In this document: piece by piece, positions 20,043 through 30,449 of the stretch
How the letters are laid out: each line of letters starts with the position of its first letter
Position numbering within the stretch: position 1 is the first letter of the stretch
Assembly: GCA_030693325.1 (NCBI GenBank)
Contig: JAUYAV010000011.1
Location: 109,603-173,602, forward strand
DNA: 64,000 nucleotides
Source: a bacterium
GTDB lineage: Bacteria; Patescibacteriota; Minisyncoccia; UBA6257; MFKM01
Direction of reading: 5' to 3'
Position numbers and translations under genes: made by a program
Notes under the pieces: model-generated
Databases searched by the model: none
What the model was told of the DNA's origin: nothing
What the model saw: the letters and a program-made list of their open reading frames with translations, nothing else

Positions 20043-21809
20043 TTGATTTCTGCCGGCTTGAGGGCTAAAATTCATACAAATAACATGCTCACTCCTTTAG
20101 AAGAAATCAAGGGAAAAATTGATATTGTTGACTTTATTAAGTCCTATATTCCGCTTCAGCCGGCCGGCAAAAATTTCAAAGCTCCCTGCCCTTTTCATCA
20201 GGAAAAAATACCATCGTTTATTGTTTCCCCGGAGCGCCAAATCTGGCACTGCTTCGGTTCCTGCGGCGAGGGCGGCGATGTTGTTAAGTTTTTGATGAAA
20301 TATGAGAATCTGGAATTTTATGAAGCTCTGCGGGTTCTGGCGGAAAAAGCAGGGGTGGAGCTGAAGAGCCTTAATCTCCAGGACCAAAAAGAATTTAATA
20401 CTCTTTACGACCTCAACGAAAAAGCCAAAAATTTTTATAAAGAACAGCTGGCTAAATTTCCGGCCGTACTGGAATATCTGAAAAAACGGGCTCTTCAACA
20501 GAAAACCATTGAAGAATTTGAAATCGGATTCGCGCCGGCTGGCGGCGAAAATTTGATTTTATATCTGATTAATCTCGGCTATAATATCAATGATATTGCC
20601 AAAGCCGGCTTGGCCATTAAAACCGAAAAAGGAAAATATCTGGACAGATTCTATAACCGGATAATGTTCCCCATTTATAATAATTTCGGCAAGGTTATCG
20701 CTTTCACCGGCCGGATTCTGCCCCAGTTTGAAAGTCCGGAAATAGGCAAATACGTCAACAGCCCGGAAACCCCGCTCTTTAATAAATCCCGAGTTCTTTA
20801 CGGATTTCATAAAACCAAATCGGAAATCGGCCACACACAGACCGCTTTTTTGGTTGAGGGACAAATGGATTTTCTGATGGCCTGGCAGTCGGGTATTAAA
20901 AACGTGGTCGCCACTTCCGGCACCGCCTTGAGCCAAGACCAGCTGAAAAATCTGAAAAGGTTAGCCGAAAATTTAATTGTAAGTTTTGATAAAGATGAAG
21001 CCGGCATCAAAGCCCTGGAGCGCGGTTTGGATCTCTTTAGCGATTTTGATTTTAATGTTAAAGTTCTTGATCTAAACGGATACAAAGACCCGGCGGAAGC
21101 GGCGGAAAAAAATCCCGATTATCTCAAAACAGCCCTGGAAAAAACCCAGCTGGCCTTTATCTGCCTTTTTGATTTTTATTTTAAAAGCAATCTTGACTGG
21201 GCAGCCAAAAAAAGCAACATCCGCCATTTATTACGCCACATCAAGACCATTAAAAGCGCCATTGAGCAGGCACATTGGCTGAAAGAGCTCGCCTTGAAAT
21301 CCGGAATTGAAGAAAAAGTCCTAACCTACGAGCTGGTCACTATCAAAATCAAATCCTCCGCCTCAGCTGATATTGAAGAAGTCAATAATAAAGAAATTAT
21401 CAAACCCTCGCGATTGAATTTGCTTTGCCAAAAACTTTTGTCATTGATTCTATCCAAGCCCGAGTTCCTCCCTGATGTTATTCAAAACCGCAATTATTTT
21501 CCCGCTGATTGGCAAAAATTCTTGGACGACCCTTCATTGCTTCAGAGCGGGGCAAAAAACGAACTGATTTCCTTCTTGGATCTCCGTTCCAGTTATGAAT
21601 TTTCCGATCTTGATGAGCCGGCTTTGCAAAAAGAATCAGAAGAATTAATCAAACATTTAAAAATAGAATTTTTAAAAAACCAGGGTCATCAAATGCAAAA
21701 AGAAATAAAATCAGCCCAGGAAAAAAACGATAAAAACCTCCTGGATGATTCTTTGAAAAAATTTCAAAATATTTCCCAAGAAATTAATAATTTAAAAAAT
21801 AACAAATGA
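20043..21809 (+). CDS. dnaG: DNA primase DnaG
   Basis: Zinc-binding [11 protein letters not shown]...[44 protein letters not shown]. Confidence 0.9.
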   Translation: MISAGLRAKIHTNNMLTPLEEIKGKIDIVDFIKSYIPLQPAGKNFKAPCPFHQEKIPSFIVSPERQIWHCFGSCGEGGDVVKFLMKYENLEFYEALRVLAEKAGVELKSLNLQDQKEFNTLYDLNEKAKNFYKEQLAKFPAVLEYLKKRALQQKTIEEFEIGFAPAGGENLILYLINLGYNINDIAKAGLAIKTEKGKYLDRFYNRIMFPIYNNFGKVIAFTGRILPQFESPEIGKYVNSPETPLFNKSRVLYGFHKTKSEIGHTQTAFLVEGQMDFLMAWQSGIKNVVATSGTALSQDQLKNLKRLAENLIVSFDKDEAGIKALERGLDLFSDFDFNVKVLDLNGYKDPAEAAEKNPDYLKTALEKTQLAFICLFDFYFKSNLDWAAKKSNIRHLLRHIKTIKSAIEQAHWLKELALKSGIEEKVLTYELVTIKIKSSASADIEEVNNKEIIKPSRLNLLCQKLLSLILSKPEFLPDVIQNRNYFPADWQKFLDDPSLLQSGAKNELISFLDLRSSYEFSDLDEPALQKESEELIKHLKIEFLKNQGHQMQKEIKSAQEKNDKNLLDDSLKKFQNISQEINNLKNNK

Positions 21810-23044
21810 AAAAATCAAAAAAAATAAAGAAAGTAAAAAAAACAAAAACAAGAAAAAATAAGCTCCCCGGGAAAAAAGCCAAGCTAAGATTGCGCCTTCG
21901 CTCAAAAGCTCAGCACGGCAAAAAATCTCCCAAAAAACAAAAAAAAATAATCCTATTTATTGAGGAAGATTTTGAATTTAAAGGAAAAGATAAAAAAAAG
22001 TTAGATACTTTAATCAAGAGGGGCAAGAGTAAAAAATATATCACTGATTTGGAAATCCTTTATTTCTTCCCCGATATTGAACACAACATTCCCCTTTTGG
22101 AAAAAATATATGAAATTTTAGAAAAAAGCAGCATCGGGGTAATTGAAACCGAACAATTCATCAAAACTTCGGAAGACCCGATTGAGAAAGAACACAGCAA
22201 TGTTCGTGAAACCCTGCCTGATGCCGTCCAGATGTATCTTAAGGAAATCGGCAAAACTCCCCTTTTAAAAGCCGAGGAAGAAGTGTCCTTGGCTAAAAGA
22301 AAGGAGAGAGGAGAAGAAGCAGCCAGGCAGCAACTGATGAAAGCCAATCTCCGGCTGGTGGTTTCTATCGCCAAAAAATACGTTCACCGCAGCCCCAATT
22401 TAAGCATCTTGGATTTGATTCAGGAAGGCAATATCGGGCTTTCCCGCGCCGTGGAAAAATTTGACTACCGCAAAGGTTTTAAATTTTCCACTTACGCCAC
22501 CTGGTGGATCCGCCAGGCCATCACCCGCGCCTTAGCCGACCAGTCCCGGACCATCCGTATTCCCGTTCATATGGTGGAAACCATTTCCAAATACACCCAG
22601 ATTAAAAGGAAGCTCACCCAGGAATTGGGACGGATGCCATTAGCGGAAGAAATCGCCAATGAGATGGGAATTGAAGTCAGCAAAATTCATTATATCCAAA
22701 AAATTTCCCAGGAAGTTATTTCTTTGGAAATGCCTTTGGATGAAAATGAGAGCGAAGGAGTCACTCTGTCTGATTTTATCCCGGATAACCAAAGTTTAAC
22801 GCCAGAACAATTAGCCAGCCATACGCTTTTAAGAAACCAGCTTAAGGAAATTATCAGCGACCTTTCGCCGAGGGAACAAAGGATTTTAAGCATGCGTTTT
22901 GGCTTGGAAGACAATGTCACCCACACCCTTGAAGAAGTCGGCAAGGAATTCGGGGTGACGAGGGAGCGAATCCGGCAGATTGAAGCTAAGTCCTTGGAAA
23001 AAATCCGCCAGCATAAAGAAATTGGAAAATTGGAGGGATACTAA
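21806..23044 (+). CDS. rpoD: RNA polymerase sigma factor RpoD (sigma-70) with Lys-rich N-terminal extension
   Basis: Regions 2-4: [40 protein letters not shown]...[24 protein letters not shown]. Classical dnaG-rpoD arrangement. Confidence 0.92.
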   Translation: MKKSKKIKKVKKTKTRKNKLPGKKAKLRLRLRSKAQHGKKSPKKQKKIILFIEEDFEFKGKDKKKLDTLIKRGKSKKYITDLEILYFFPDIEHNIPLLEKIYEILEKSSIGVIETEQFIKTSEDPIEKEHSNVRETLPDAVQMYLKEIGKTPLLKAEEEVSLAKRKERGEEAARQQLMKANLRLVVSIAKKYVHRSPNLSILDLIQEGNIGLSRAVEKFDYRKGFKFSTYATWWIRQAITRALADQSRTIRIPVHMVETISKYTQIKRKLTQELGRMPLAEEIANEMGIEVSKIHYIQKISQEVISLEMPLDENESEGVTLSDFIPDNQSLTPEQLASHTLLRNQLKEIISDLSPREQRILSMRFGLEDNVTHTLEEVGKEFGVTRERIRQIEAKSLEKIRQHKEIGKLEGY

Positions 23045-23051
23045 AAATCTA

Positions 23052-23129
23052 ATGACCAGCAAAGAAATACGAAATTTATTTCTGGAATTTTTTAAGGAAA
23101 AAGGACATACCATCGTCCCCTCTTCTTAA
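23052..23129 (+). pseudogene. Orphan 5' fragment of an alanyl-tRNA synthetase gene (25 codons then stop)
   Basis: MTSKEIRNLFLEFFKEKGHTIVPSS* matches the universally conserved AlaRS N-terminus (..EIR..F..FF..KGH..V.SSSL) better than the intact alaS at 25800 does. Nucleotide sequence diverges from the intact copy. Confidence 0.6.
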
Positions 23130-23372
23130 TATTAATATCATTGACAGATTTGATTAAAAATTCTATGCTGATGATAGAAAAAGTCGATAAAATTTATTTC
23201 TTTTAAAAATGAGAAAAAAAATACAAACTAAAATTGTGAAAGTTCGCCAAGCTAAGAAATGCTATCCTATAACAAGTAAAGCTAAGACTTTTATTTATAC
23301 TGCAGAAAGCGTTACGCCATTAATAGCGGCAGGAAAAACACCTAAAATCAAATAATAAAGTGAAATGGGTGA

Positions 23373-24836
23373 TTGATAGGCGATAAAATTCTGCCCAAAA
23401 AGGCGCGGAGGAAATTTTTAATTTTTATGAAAAAAAGAAAGCAAAAAGAGATACTAAGCAAAAAATTAACCCACCCGAATTATATATTCTGTTTAAAAAA
23501 GGAGAGGAATTGGTGTTTATATAACGCCTTAACCTTAAAAAAATGTTATGGAGGGAAGGAACTCTCGGCAGTTTATCGTTTGACAAACAAACTGATTGAA
23601 GAAGAAATTCTTGTTCGTAAATTAATAAATTGCGACCATGATCCAGAAGAAATAAAAAAACTCATCCGTGAATTGAAGAAAGAAAAATTTTTGGTTTACT
23701 CAAATTTTAGTGGAGAAAAATTCCGAGAAAAAATTAAAAATGGATTAAAAAAAATAAAATATCAACCGATGGGAATGTACCTCCTCGTTTCTACGGGATG
23801 TAATTATCGGTGTAAATATTGTTGCCTGGAACACAGTATCGATACTCATTCGCTCCAGCCAAAATTAATGTCTTTTAAAGTAGCGAGGGAAGCAGTCAAT
23901 TTTTTCTTTAAATCTTCTCCTAATCCTCAGTATATTTGTTTCTTTGGTGGCGAACCATTAATTAATTTTAAAATAATTAAAGAAATTGTTGAATATATTA
24001 ATACTGAATATCCAAATAAAAAAATCTTTTTCCGAATTAACACAAATGGTTCATTGGTCAATCAAGAAATCGCAGAATTTTTTGCTAAATATAATTTTGT
24101 TATTGGGGTATCTATTGATGGGACGAAAAAATATCATAATTCATGTAGAGTGTATCCAAATGATAAAGGCACTTTCGAAGATACTATTAAGGGTTGGCAT
24201 CTCCTTCAAAAAGCAGGATGTAAAAACTTAGGGACAGTAGCGGTCCTTAACTCTCAAAATATTGAAGCAGTTGAAAAGAATATCTTATTTTTCCTTGATG
24301 AATTAAAAGCTGATTCAATAAATTTTGAGCCAGTAGGAATAATAACAGAACCTCAATATTTATATCTTTATCCCTCTCCAAAGAAAGTTGCACAGGCTCT
24401 CGTCAAAAATTACGAAAATTTAGAATCTCGCGGAAAGTTAGATAATTATATTGCACGATTTCTAATTCATTTTTTAGGGGAAAAAGTTCTTTTTTGCCGC
24501 TGCGGCTCACGATACGGAAGTTTAATAATCGACCCCCAGGGGAACAAGGGTCCTTGTTTCAATTTTCTTGGAAGTGTTTATTTTTCTAAAAAAGGTATTA
24601 CTTATGCGAAAGAATGGAAAAACATTTCTCCGGTTAATATGCCCGAATGTACTAATTGTATTGCTATAGGAATTTGTGGTGGTATTTGCGCAGCCCATGC
24701 AAGAGCGGTGGGTGGAAATATTCGAAGCATTGACTTAGAATATTCTTGTGAGATTATGAAAGAAATCTTAAGATGGATGATTTGGGATCTAGAAAAAAGA
24801 TTAGCATCTAAGAATGAGGCAAAAAATAAACCGTAA
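23373..24836 (+). CDS. Radical SAM enzyme with C-terminal SPASM domain (peptide-maturase-like)
   Basis: CNYRCKYCC (CxxxCxxC) radical-SAM cluster motif. C-terminal Cys-rich SPASM-like pattern CRCGSRYG...GPCFNF...CTNCIAIGICGGICAAHA. About 130-aa N-terminal extension (possible RRE). Very AT-rich. Confidence 0.75.
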   Translation: MIGDKILPKKARRKFLIFMKKRKQKEILSKKLTHPNYIFCLKKERNWCLYNALTLKKCYGGKELSAVYRLTNKLIEEEILVRKLINCDHDPEEIKKLIRELKKEKFLVYSNFSGEKFREKIKNGLKKIKYQPMGMYLLVSTGCNYRCKYCCLEHSIDTHSLQPKLMSFKVAREAVNFFFKSSPNPQYICFFGGEPLINFKIIKEIVEYINTEYPNKKIFFRINTNGSLVNQEIAEFFAKYNFVIGVSIDGTKKYHNSCRVYPNDKGTFEDTIKGWHLLQKAGCKNLGTVAVLNSQNIEAVEKNILFFLDELKADSINFEPVGIITEPQYLYLYPSPKKVAQALVKNYENLESRGKLDNYIARFLIHFLGEKVLFCRCGSRYGSLIIDPQGNKGPCFNFLGSVYFSKKGITYAKEWKNISPVNMPECTNCIAIGICGGICAAHARAVGGNIRSIDLEYSCEIMKEILRWMIWDLEKRLASKNEAKNKP

Positions 24837-24842
24837 AATTTT

Positions 24843-25769
24843 ATGAAATTTAAACTGATATTGAATAAAAATGCGAATTTTTATTATTTTCTTCATAATC
24901 TTGCTGAAATTAAAGAACCCTTGCATTATCGAAAATGGAATATTATGCCTTGGAAGAAAGAACTAAATTTTCCATTTTCTTCCTCAGAAGCCACTGCTTT
25001 AAAAAAATTTAAAAAAAAATATTATGCTAATTTCCCAAAAATATATTTGGGTAGATTTTTTTTCTTGGAGAAAAATTCTTGGGAAACTCTTAAAAACGAA
25101 GTTGGGCAGGAAGAAATTAATATTTTGAACGATGTATTTCGAATATGGAAAAATAAATTCTTCTTGATTTATAGGAGAGATTTGCCAAATTTAAAAAAAT
25201 GGCGAAAAAAATTGGAAATAGAAATTCAAAAACTTAGCAAGTCTTCCTTAATAAACTTCATCAATACAAAACTTATTAAATTTTTTAATGCTCCTGTTCC
25301 ATTTAAAAAAAAATTAAAGATTTATTTAATGCTTTGCGGTACTTCAAATACTGCTAGCGGAGAAAGAGGAAGGGGTCTTGATGGAAAAAGTATCCTTATA
25401 GAAATTTCTCGTTGCCCAACCCATCAAATAAATTATGTTATAGGTGTTATTTGGCACGAATATGTTCATTGTTGTCTTGCATCTTATCATTTACGGCCAC
25501 TGCTTTTAAATTTTTTTAAAAACGACTCAAAAGTATTATTTGCTGAAGAAATTATTGTTAGATCATTATTTCCAACAGGAATTTTTGGTATAAAATTTTT
25601 TAAAATATGTCCACCTTCAACATTAACTTCCAGCAAATGGGAGACACTGCCCAAAATCAATAAAAAACAAACCAAAATGGTTATTGACCTTACAGACCAA
25701 TATCTGCAAAAAGAGAAAAAAATTGATACATTCTACGTAAAAAAAATAGGTCGAATATTAAAAATTTAA
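24843..25769 (+). CDS. Hypothetical protein with HExxH motif (WHEYVHCC), putative metallo-hydrolase
   Basis: Single HEYVH motif in an otherwise unrecognised Lys/Phe-rich 308-aa protein; co-located with the radical SAM gene. Confidence 0.4.
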   Translation: MKFKLILNKNANFYYFLHNLAEIKEPLHYRKWNIMPWKKELNFPFSSSEATALKKFKKKYYANFPKIYLGRFFFLEKNSWETLKNEVGQEEINILNDVFRIWKNKFFLIYRRDLPNLKKWRKKLEIEIQKLSKSSLINFINTKLIKFFNAPVPFKKKLKIYLMLCGTSNTASGERGRGLDGKSILIEISRCPTHQINYVIGVIWHEYVHCCLASYHLRPLLLNFFKNDSKVLFAEEIIVRSLFPTGIFGIKFFKICPPSTLTSSKWETLPKINKKQTKMVIDLTDQYLQKEKKIDTFYVKKIGRILKI

Positions 25770-25799
25770 AAAGAATTATTAAATCTTTATCAAAAAATT

Positions 25800-27659
25800 A
25801 TGAATTCAAATGAGATTAGAACAAAATTTATTGAATTTTTTAAACAAAATGACCATCTTAGGATACCCGGTTCGTCATTGATATCTGAGGATCCTACTCT
25901 TTTATTCGTGAATGCCGGCATGGTTCAATTCAAACCTTACTTTTTGGGTCTAAAAAAACCTCTATCAAAACGAATCACTGATTTTCAAAAATGCTTCAGG
26001 ATGATTGATATTGATAAAGTCGGTAATAATAATAGAACATTAACTTTCTTTGAGATGTTAGGAAATTGGTCTATTGGAGATTATGGAAGAAAAAAAGCAA
26101 TATCTTATGCTTGGGAATTACTTACTAAAATTTACAAAATTAACAAAGAAAGATTGTGGGTTAGTATTTTTAAAGGAGAGAAGAATATTCCCTACGACAG
26201 AGAAACACTGGAGGTCTGGATGGGTACAGGAATAAAAAGGGAAAGGATTGTGGAACTCGGCTTAGAAGATAATTTCTGGATAGGTGGGCCTACAGGCCCT
26301 TGTGGTCCTTGTAGTGAAATCTATTATGACCTAGGAGAGGATTTTGGTTGTGGCAAAAATAATTGCAAGCCCGGTTGTGATTGCAATCGCTTTTTAGAAA
26401 TTTGGAATTTAGTTTTTATAGAATATTGCAGAGACGAAAAAGGAAATACTGTCAATCTACCAATAAAAAGCATAGATACAGGAGCTGGGCTGGAAAGATT
26501 AGCTATAGTGCTTCAACAGAAATCCTCAATTTTTGAAACAGATTTGTTTGCTCCAATAATAGAAAAAATTCGAAATTGGAAATTCGAAATTGGAAATTCT
26601 GATTTGGCCGACCGAAGTGAACGAATTATCGCTGATCATACAAAAAGTGCTGTTTTTTTGATATCTGAAGGAGTTTTTCCTTCTAATGTTGAAAAAGGTT
26701 ATATCTTAAGAAGAATTTTAAGAAGAGCAATTAGATTTGGTAAATTATTAAAATTGCCAAAAAATTTTCTGATTACTTTGGCTCAAAAAGTTTTTGAAAT
26801 TTACAGAGAAGTCTATCCCGAACTTAAATCGAAAGGGGCTGATATTTTAACTATAATTCAAAAAGAAGAAGAAAAATTTGAAGAAACCTTAGACGAAGGA
26901 ATAAAAGCACTTAAAAAAATCTACGGAAGAGCCATAGGAGGAGTGGACCCCGAAAATTTACCAGAGGGAATGGTTATTAAAGATAATATAATAAGGGTTG
27001 ATGGGCAAGAGATTTTTCATATATACGAAACTTATGGTTTACCCCCAGAACTTTCTCAAGAAATTATGACCGAATGGGGAATCAGATTTGATGATCAAAC
27101 AATAAAAGAATGCGGGGAAGCCTTCAAAAAACACCAGGAAATTTCCCGGGCCGGGCTGGAAAAAAAATTCGGCGGGCACGGTTTGAAAGATGGCGGCGAA
27201 ATCACCGGCGCGACCGAGGAAGAAAAACAAAAAATAGTCCAGCTTCACACCGCCACTCACCTGCTCCACCAAGTGTTAGCTGATTTATTCGGCGAAAATA
27301 TAAAGCAGATGGGTTCGGATATAAACCCCGAACGCTTCCGCTTTGATTTTCCGTTTGAAAGAAAATTAACGCCGGAAGAAATCACTAAAATTGAAGAAAT
27401 CGTCAACCAAAAAATCAAAGAAAATTTACCTGTTAGATTTGAAGAAAAAACAAAAGAAGAAGCGATTGCCGAAGGAGCCAAGGCCTTTTTCAAAATTAAA
27501 TATCCGGATAAAGTAAAAATTTATTCCATCGGCGATTACAGTAAGGAAATCTGCAACGGCCCGCACGTGAAAAACACCTCCGAAATCGGTAAGTTCAAAA
27601 TAATCAAAGAAGAAGCGGTTGGGGCAGGCATCAGAAGAATTAAAGCAACTATTGATTAA
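25800..27659 (+). CDS. alaS: Alanine--tRNA ligase (short form lacking the C-Ala domain), compositionally chimeric
   Basis: N-terminus NEIRTKFIEFF..DH..IPGSSL...NAGM, editing-domain HTATHLLHQVL and CNGPHV motifs. About 30% GC up to roughly 27.05 kb, then about 45-50% GC to the stop. Confidence 0.9.
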   Translation: MNSNEIRTKFIEFFKQNDHLRIPGSSLISEDPTLLFVNAGMVQFKPYFLGLKKPLSKRITDFQKCFRMIDIDKVGNNNRTLTFFEMLGNWSIGDYGRKKAISYAWELLTKIYKINKERLWVSIFKGEKNIPYDRETLEVWMGTGIKRERIVELGLEDNFWIGGPTGPCGPCSEIYYDLGEDFGCGKNNCKPGCDCNRFLEIWNLVFIEYCRDEKGNTVNLPIKSIDTGAGLERLAIVLQQKSSIFETDLFAPIIEKIRNWKFEIGNSDLADRSERIIADHTKSAVFLISEGVFPSNVEKGYILRRILRRAIRFGKLLKLPKNFLITLAQKVFEIYREVYPELKSKGADILTIIQKEEEKFEETLDEGIKALKKIYGRAIGGVDPENLPEGMVIKDNIIRVDGQEIFHIYETYGLPPELSQEIMTEWGIRFDDQTIKECGEAFKKHQEISRAGLEKKFGGHGLKDGGEITGATEEEKQKIVQLHTATHLLHQVLADLFGENIKQMGSDINPERFRFDFPFERKLTPEEITKIEEIVNQKIKENLPVRFEEKTKEEAIAEGAKAFFKIKYPDKVKIYSIGDYSKEICNGPHVKNTSEIGKFKIIKEEAVGAGIRRIKATID

Positions 27660-27675
27660 AACGATCTCTACTAAA

Positions 27676-27716
27676 ATAAAAAGGAGTTGGCGTCGGCTAA
27701 CTCCTTTTTATTTTAA
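27676..27716. terminator. Bidirectional rho-independent terminator between alaS and the ncRNA/rpsI region
   Basis: aaaaaggagttggcgtcggctaactcctttttatttt (A-run, hairpin, T-run). Confidence 0.65.
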
Positions 27717-27726
27717 AATCTGACCT

Positions 27727-27942
27727 AACCAAACTTGTCTGAGAAAATATTCCATAGCCAAGCGCCGTAGGACTTACGCAGTTGCCTTGAAGAATATCCC
27801 GCAGTCCCGACGGGCTTGGTTTCCGATGAAATCGGAACCGTCGGGACGAGGGAAAAGAAAATTTTGTCGCTGGAGCAAAATTATTCTGGTTCTGAAAGGC
27901 AATTGCGGAAGTCCTGCTTCTGTTTTCGAAGGCAAGTTTGGC
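27727..27942. ncRNA. Candidate structured ncRNA, copy B (same family as 10802..10937, about 80 nt of insertions)
   Basis: Same terminal helix (ccaaacttgtctgagaaaat / ttcgaaggcaagtttgg). Homologous hairpin gtcccgacgg-[gcttggt]-ttccgat-GAA-atcggaa-ccgtcgggac with entirely different but still complementary stem sequences. Conserved core gagggaaaagaaaattttgYcgctggagcaaaattattctggtt. Lies between the alaS terminator and the rpsI stop. Track ORFs 27697..27969, 27787..28041 and 27816..28037 are spurious. Confidence 0.55.
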
Positions 27943-27953
27943 TGGGTCTATCC

Positions 27954-28421
27954 CTATCTCTTCGCCCATTGCGGCGCGCGACGGGCTTTCTTAAGACCGA
28001 ATTTCTTCCGCTCTACCATCCGGGGATCTCTTTTTAGATAACCCAAGCCCTTAATAAGGGCTTTTAAATTAGCATCAAACAAAACCAAAGCCCGTGATAA
28101 ACCATGGCGCACCGCTTCGGCTTGGCTGCTCATTCCCCCGCCTGAAACTCTGACAGTGACATCTGCCTTGCCATTCAGTTTTGTTTTTTCCAAAGGAGAA
28201 AAGGCCATTTGCTGAAGACGGGCTGTGGGGAAATATTTGAGATAATCTTTTTCATTCACCAAAACGCCGCCCGCGCGGTTGTAAAGCCGAACCCGGGCGA
28301 TGGCGGTTTTTCTTCTGCCAACCGCTTCAAAATAACGGTCTGTTTTAACTTTAACAGGCGAAGGCTTGCTTACTTTTTCAACTTTTTTTACTTTTGCTAC
28401 TTTTGTTATTTTTTCAGCCAT
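27954..28421 (-). CDS. rpsI: 30S ribosomal protein S9 (with N-terminal Lys/Val-rich extension)
   Basis: GRRKTAIARVRLY...VRVSGGGMSSQAEAVRHGLSRAL...KKARRAPQWAKR. Confidence 0.93.
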   Translation of the reverse strand: MAEKITKVAKVKKVEKVSKPSPVKVKTDRYFEAVGRRKTAIARVRLYNRAGGVLVNEKDYLKYFPTARLQQMAFSPLEKTKLNGKADVTVRVSGGGMSSQAEAVRHGLSRALVLFDANLKALIKGLGYLKRDPRMVERKKFGLKKARRAPQWAKR

Positions 28422-28428
28422 AAAAAAT

Positions 28429-28782
28429 TTATTCTATAATTAATCTTTTCATTCTTTTAATCTGTAATTTATTTTTGGGAAGCATTCTTAAAACCGCCAA
28501 CCGCAAAACCCTTGCCGGCTCTTTCGCGAAAACCTCACGATAAGTTTTTTTCTTCAAATGCCCGAGATAACCCGCAGTTTGATGATAGTAAATTTTCTGC
28601 TCTTCTTTTTTGCCGCTAACTTCTATCGCAGTGATGTTTTTTACTATCACCCTATCAGTACCAGGCAATCTTGGTTCATAGTCGGGATTTTTCTTTCCCT
28701 GAAGAATAATGGCGATTTCCGAAGCCAAGCGTCCCAATTTTTTATTTTTAGCGTCAAAAATGTAATCCATATTATTTAACAA
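28429..28782 (-). CDS. rplM: 50S ribosomal protein L13
   Basis: KKLGRLASEIAIILQGKKNPDYEP..DRVIVKN...VLRLAVLRMLPKNKL. Confidence 0.9.
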   Translation of the reverse strand: MLNNMDYIFDAKNKKLGRLASEIAIILQGKKNPDYEPRLPGTDRVIVKNITAIEVSGKKEEQKIYYHQTAGYLGHLKKKTYREVFAKEPARVLRLAVLRMLPKNKLQIKRMKRLIIE

Positions 28783-29080
28783 ACTCTACGGTAACAATTT
28801 TCGCTCCGTCATTTTTTCGGGTTAAAGAATGCTTAATAACCCGCAGATAACCGCCTTTGCGCTCTTTATAACGCGGGGCCAATTCATGATAAATTTTATC
28901 CGCGGCCGCTTCTGGTAATTTTTTTAATAACAAGCGATAAACGGCCAATTTTTGCTTTTTTCCGTAGGAAACTAAGTGTTCAACGAAAGGACGCAGTTCC
29001 CTTGCCCGACTTTCAGTGGTTTCGATTTTTTCCTGCAAAATAAGGTTATTGGCTAAAATTTTCAAAAATGGTTTTTCCAT
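28772..29080 (-). CDS. rplQ: 50S ribosomal protein L17
   Basis: TTESRARELRPFVEHLVS...YLRVIKHSLTRKNDGAKIVTVEFV. Confidence 0.9.
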   Translation of the reverse strand: MEKPFLKILANNLILQEKIETTESRARELRPFVEHLVSYGKKQKLAVYRLLLKKLPEAAADKIYHELAPRYKERKGGYLRVIKHSLTRKNDGAKIVTVEFVK

Positions 29081-29082
29081 GT

Positions 29083-29805
29083 TTATTTTTTTTCCTCATC
29101 CTCTTCGGCTAAAACAGCGGAAACTTTATCAAAATGGTCTTTCAGGACATCGGCTGTTTTATGCAAGGCCTCCGAAGGCGAGATAGAACCATCGGTTTCA
29201 ATTTCAATCTTTAATCGATTGTAGTCGGTTTTTTCACCAACACGCATATTCTCCACCAAGGTATTAACTTTAGTAACCGGCGAGAAAATAGCATCAAGAA
29301 CAATGGTGCCGATAGCCAAACGTTCAATTTTCCGGTCAGCCGACGGCAAATACCCCAACCCTTTTTCCACGGTCAACTCCATGTCCAACTCCACTTTTTT
29401 GTCGGTAAGACTGGCTAAATGAAGCCCGGGATTAACAATTTCCACCTGAGGATTGGTTTTGATATCATTGGCCTTAACTTCTTTTTCTCCTTTGACCTTA
29501 AGGGTTAAAACCTGGGGCTCATCGGCAAAAAACTTAAAGCGCACCTTTTTCAAATTGAGAGTCAATTCAACGATGTCCTCAACCACTCCGGGAATGGTAG
29601 TAAACTCATGATTAACACCTTTGATTTTTACCTGAGTAATGGCGGCTCCCGGCAAAGAAGAAAAAAGAGCCCGGCGCAAAGAGTTGCCTAAAGTCAAACC
29701 GAATCCGGTGTAAAGCCCTTCAATATGAAAAACGCCGGCTGTTCCGTCATCGGAAATTTTTTTAATCTTTACTGTCTCACTAAGATTGTGATAAAGTTTT
29801 TCCAT
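29083..29805 (-). CDS. rpoA: DNA-directed RNA polymerase alpha subunit, N-terminal domain only (240 aa; no alpha-CTD)
   Basis: Alpha-NTD sequence GFGLTLGNSLRRALFSSLPGAAIT...; the protein ends about where the NTD/linker ends in 329-aa E. coli alpha. Confidence 0.85.
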   Translation of the reverse strand: MEKLYHNLSETVKIKKISDDGTAGVFHIEGLYTGFGLTLGNSLRRALFSSLPGAAITQVKIKGVNHEFTTIPGVVEDIVELTLNLKKVRFKFFADEPQVLTLKVKGEKEVKANDIKTNPQVEIVNPGLHLASLTDKKVELDMELTVEKGLGYLPSADRKIERLAIGTIVLDAIFSPVTKVNTLVENMRVGEKTDYNRLKIEIETDGSISPSEALHKTADVLKDHFDKVSAVLAEEDEEKK

Positions 29806-29832
29806 AATTTTTATTAAAATTTGCGAACCTTT

Positions 29833-30444
29833 TTATCTTGAATAATACTCGGCGACTAAATCAAGGTCAAATGGCAAATTTATTTCCTGGGGGTTGTCAA
29901 TCAACTCGCCGGTCAAATTTTCTTTGTCCAAATTCAACCATTTCGGCTGCTCAAATTTTTTCATTTTTAATTCCAAACCGTCAAAAATTTTCAATTTTCG
30001 GGAATTGGAATTCAAGCCCACTTTTTCACCGATTTTAACCTGATAGGAAGGAGCGGACACTTTTTTATTTTTTACTAAAATATGTCCATGATTAACCAAT
30101 TGGCGCGCGATAATCCGCGAATCAGCCAAGCCTAAACGAAAAACGACATTGTCCAAGCGCTTTTCCAATGATTCCAAAACTTTTCCGGTTTCTTTTCTGC
30201 CGCGGAAAAGCTGTTGCATCTGGTGATTGCTGATGCCATAGGAAATCTGAACTTTTTGTTTTTCCTGGAGCTGTCGGCCGAATTCCGAAAGCGTTCTGCG
30301 GCCTTTACCTCCTTTTTTGTTGCCGTGAATTCCGGGTTTGGTAGGACGACGAACCAAGGCGCATTTCGGAGAATTGCAACGAAACGCTTTCAAAAAAAGT
30401 CTGGTTCCTAAAGCTCTTTCTTTTTTTTCGGTTATTCTTTGCAT
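29833..30444 (-). CDS. rpsD: 30S ribosomal protein S4
   Basis: S4 N-terminal Zn-ribbon-like region and S4 domain ([33 protein letters not shown]). Confidence 0.9.
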   Translation of the reverse strand: [203 protein letters not shown]

Positions 30445-30449
30445 AATTT

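Noticed and set aside
23130-23373. RiPP precursor peptide upstream of the radical SAM gene
   Set aside because: Only very short ATG ORFs (for example MLMIEKVDKIYFF and MRKKNTN) and a 39-codon GTG-initiated frame without an SD. Nothing is supportable from sequence alone.
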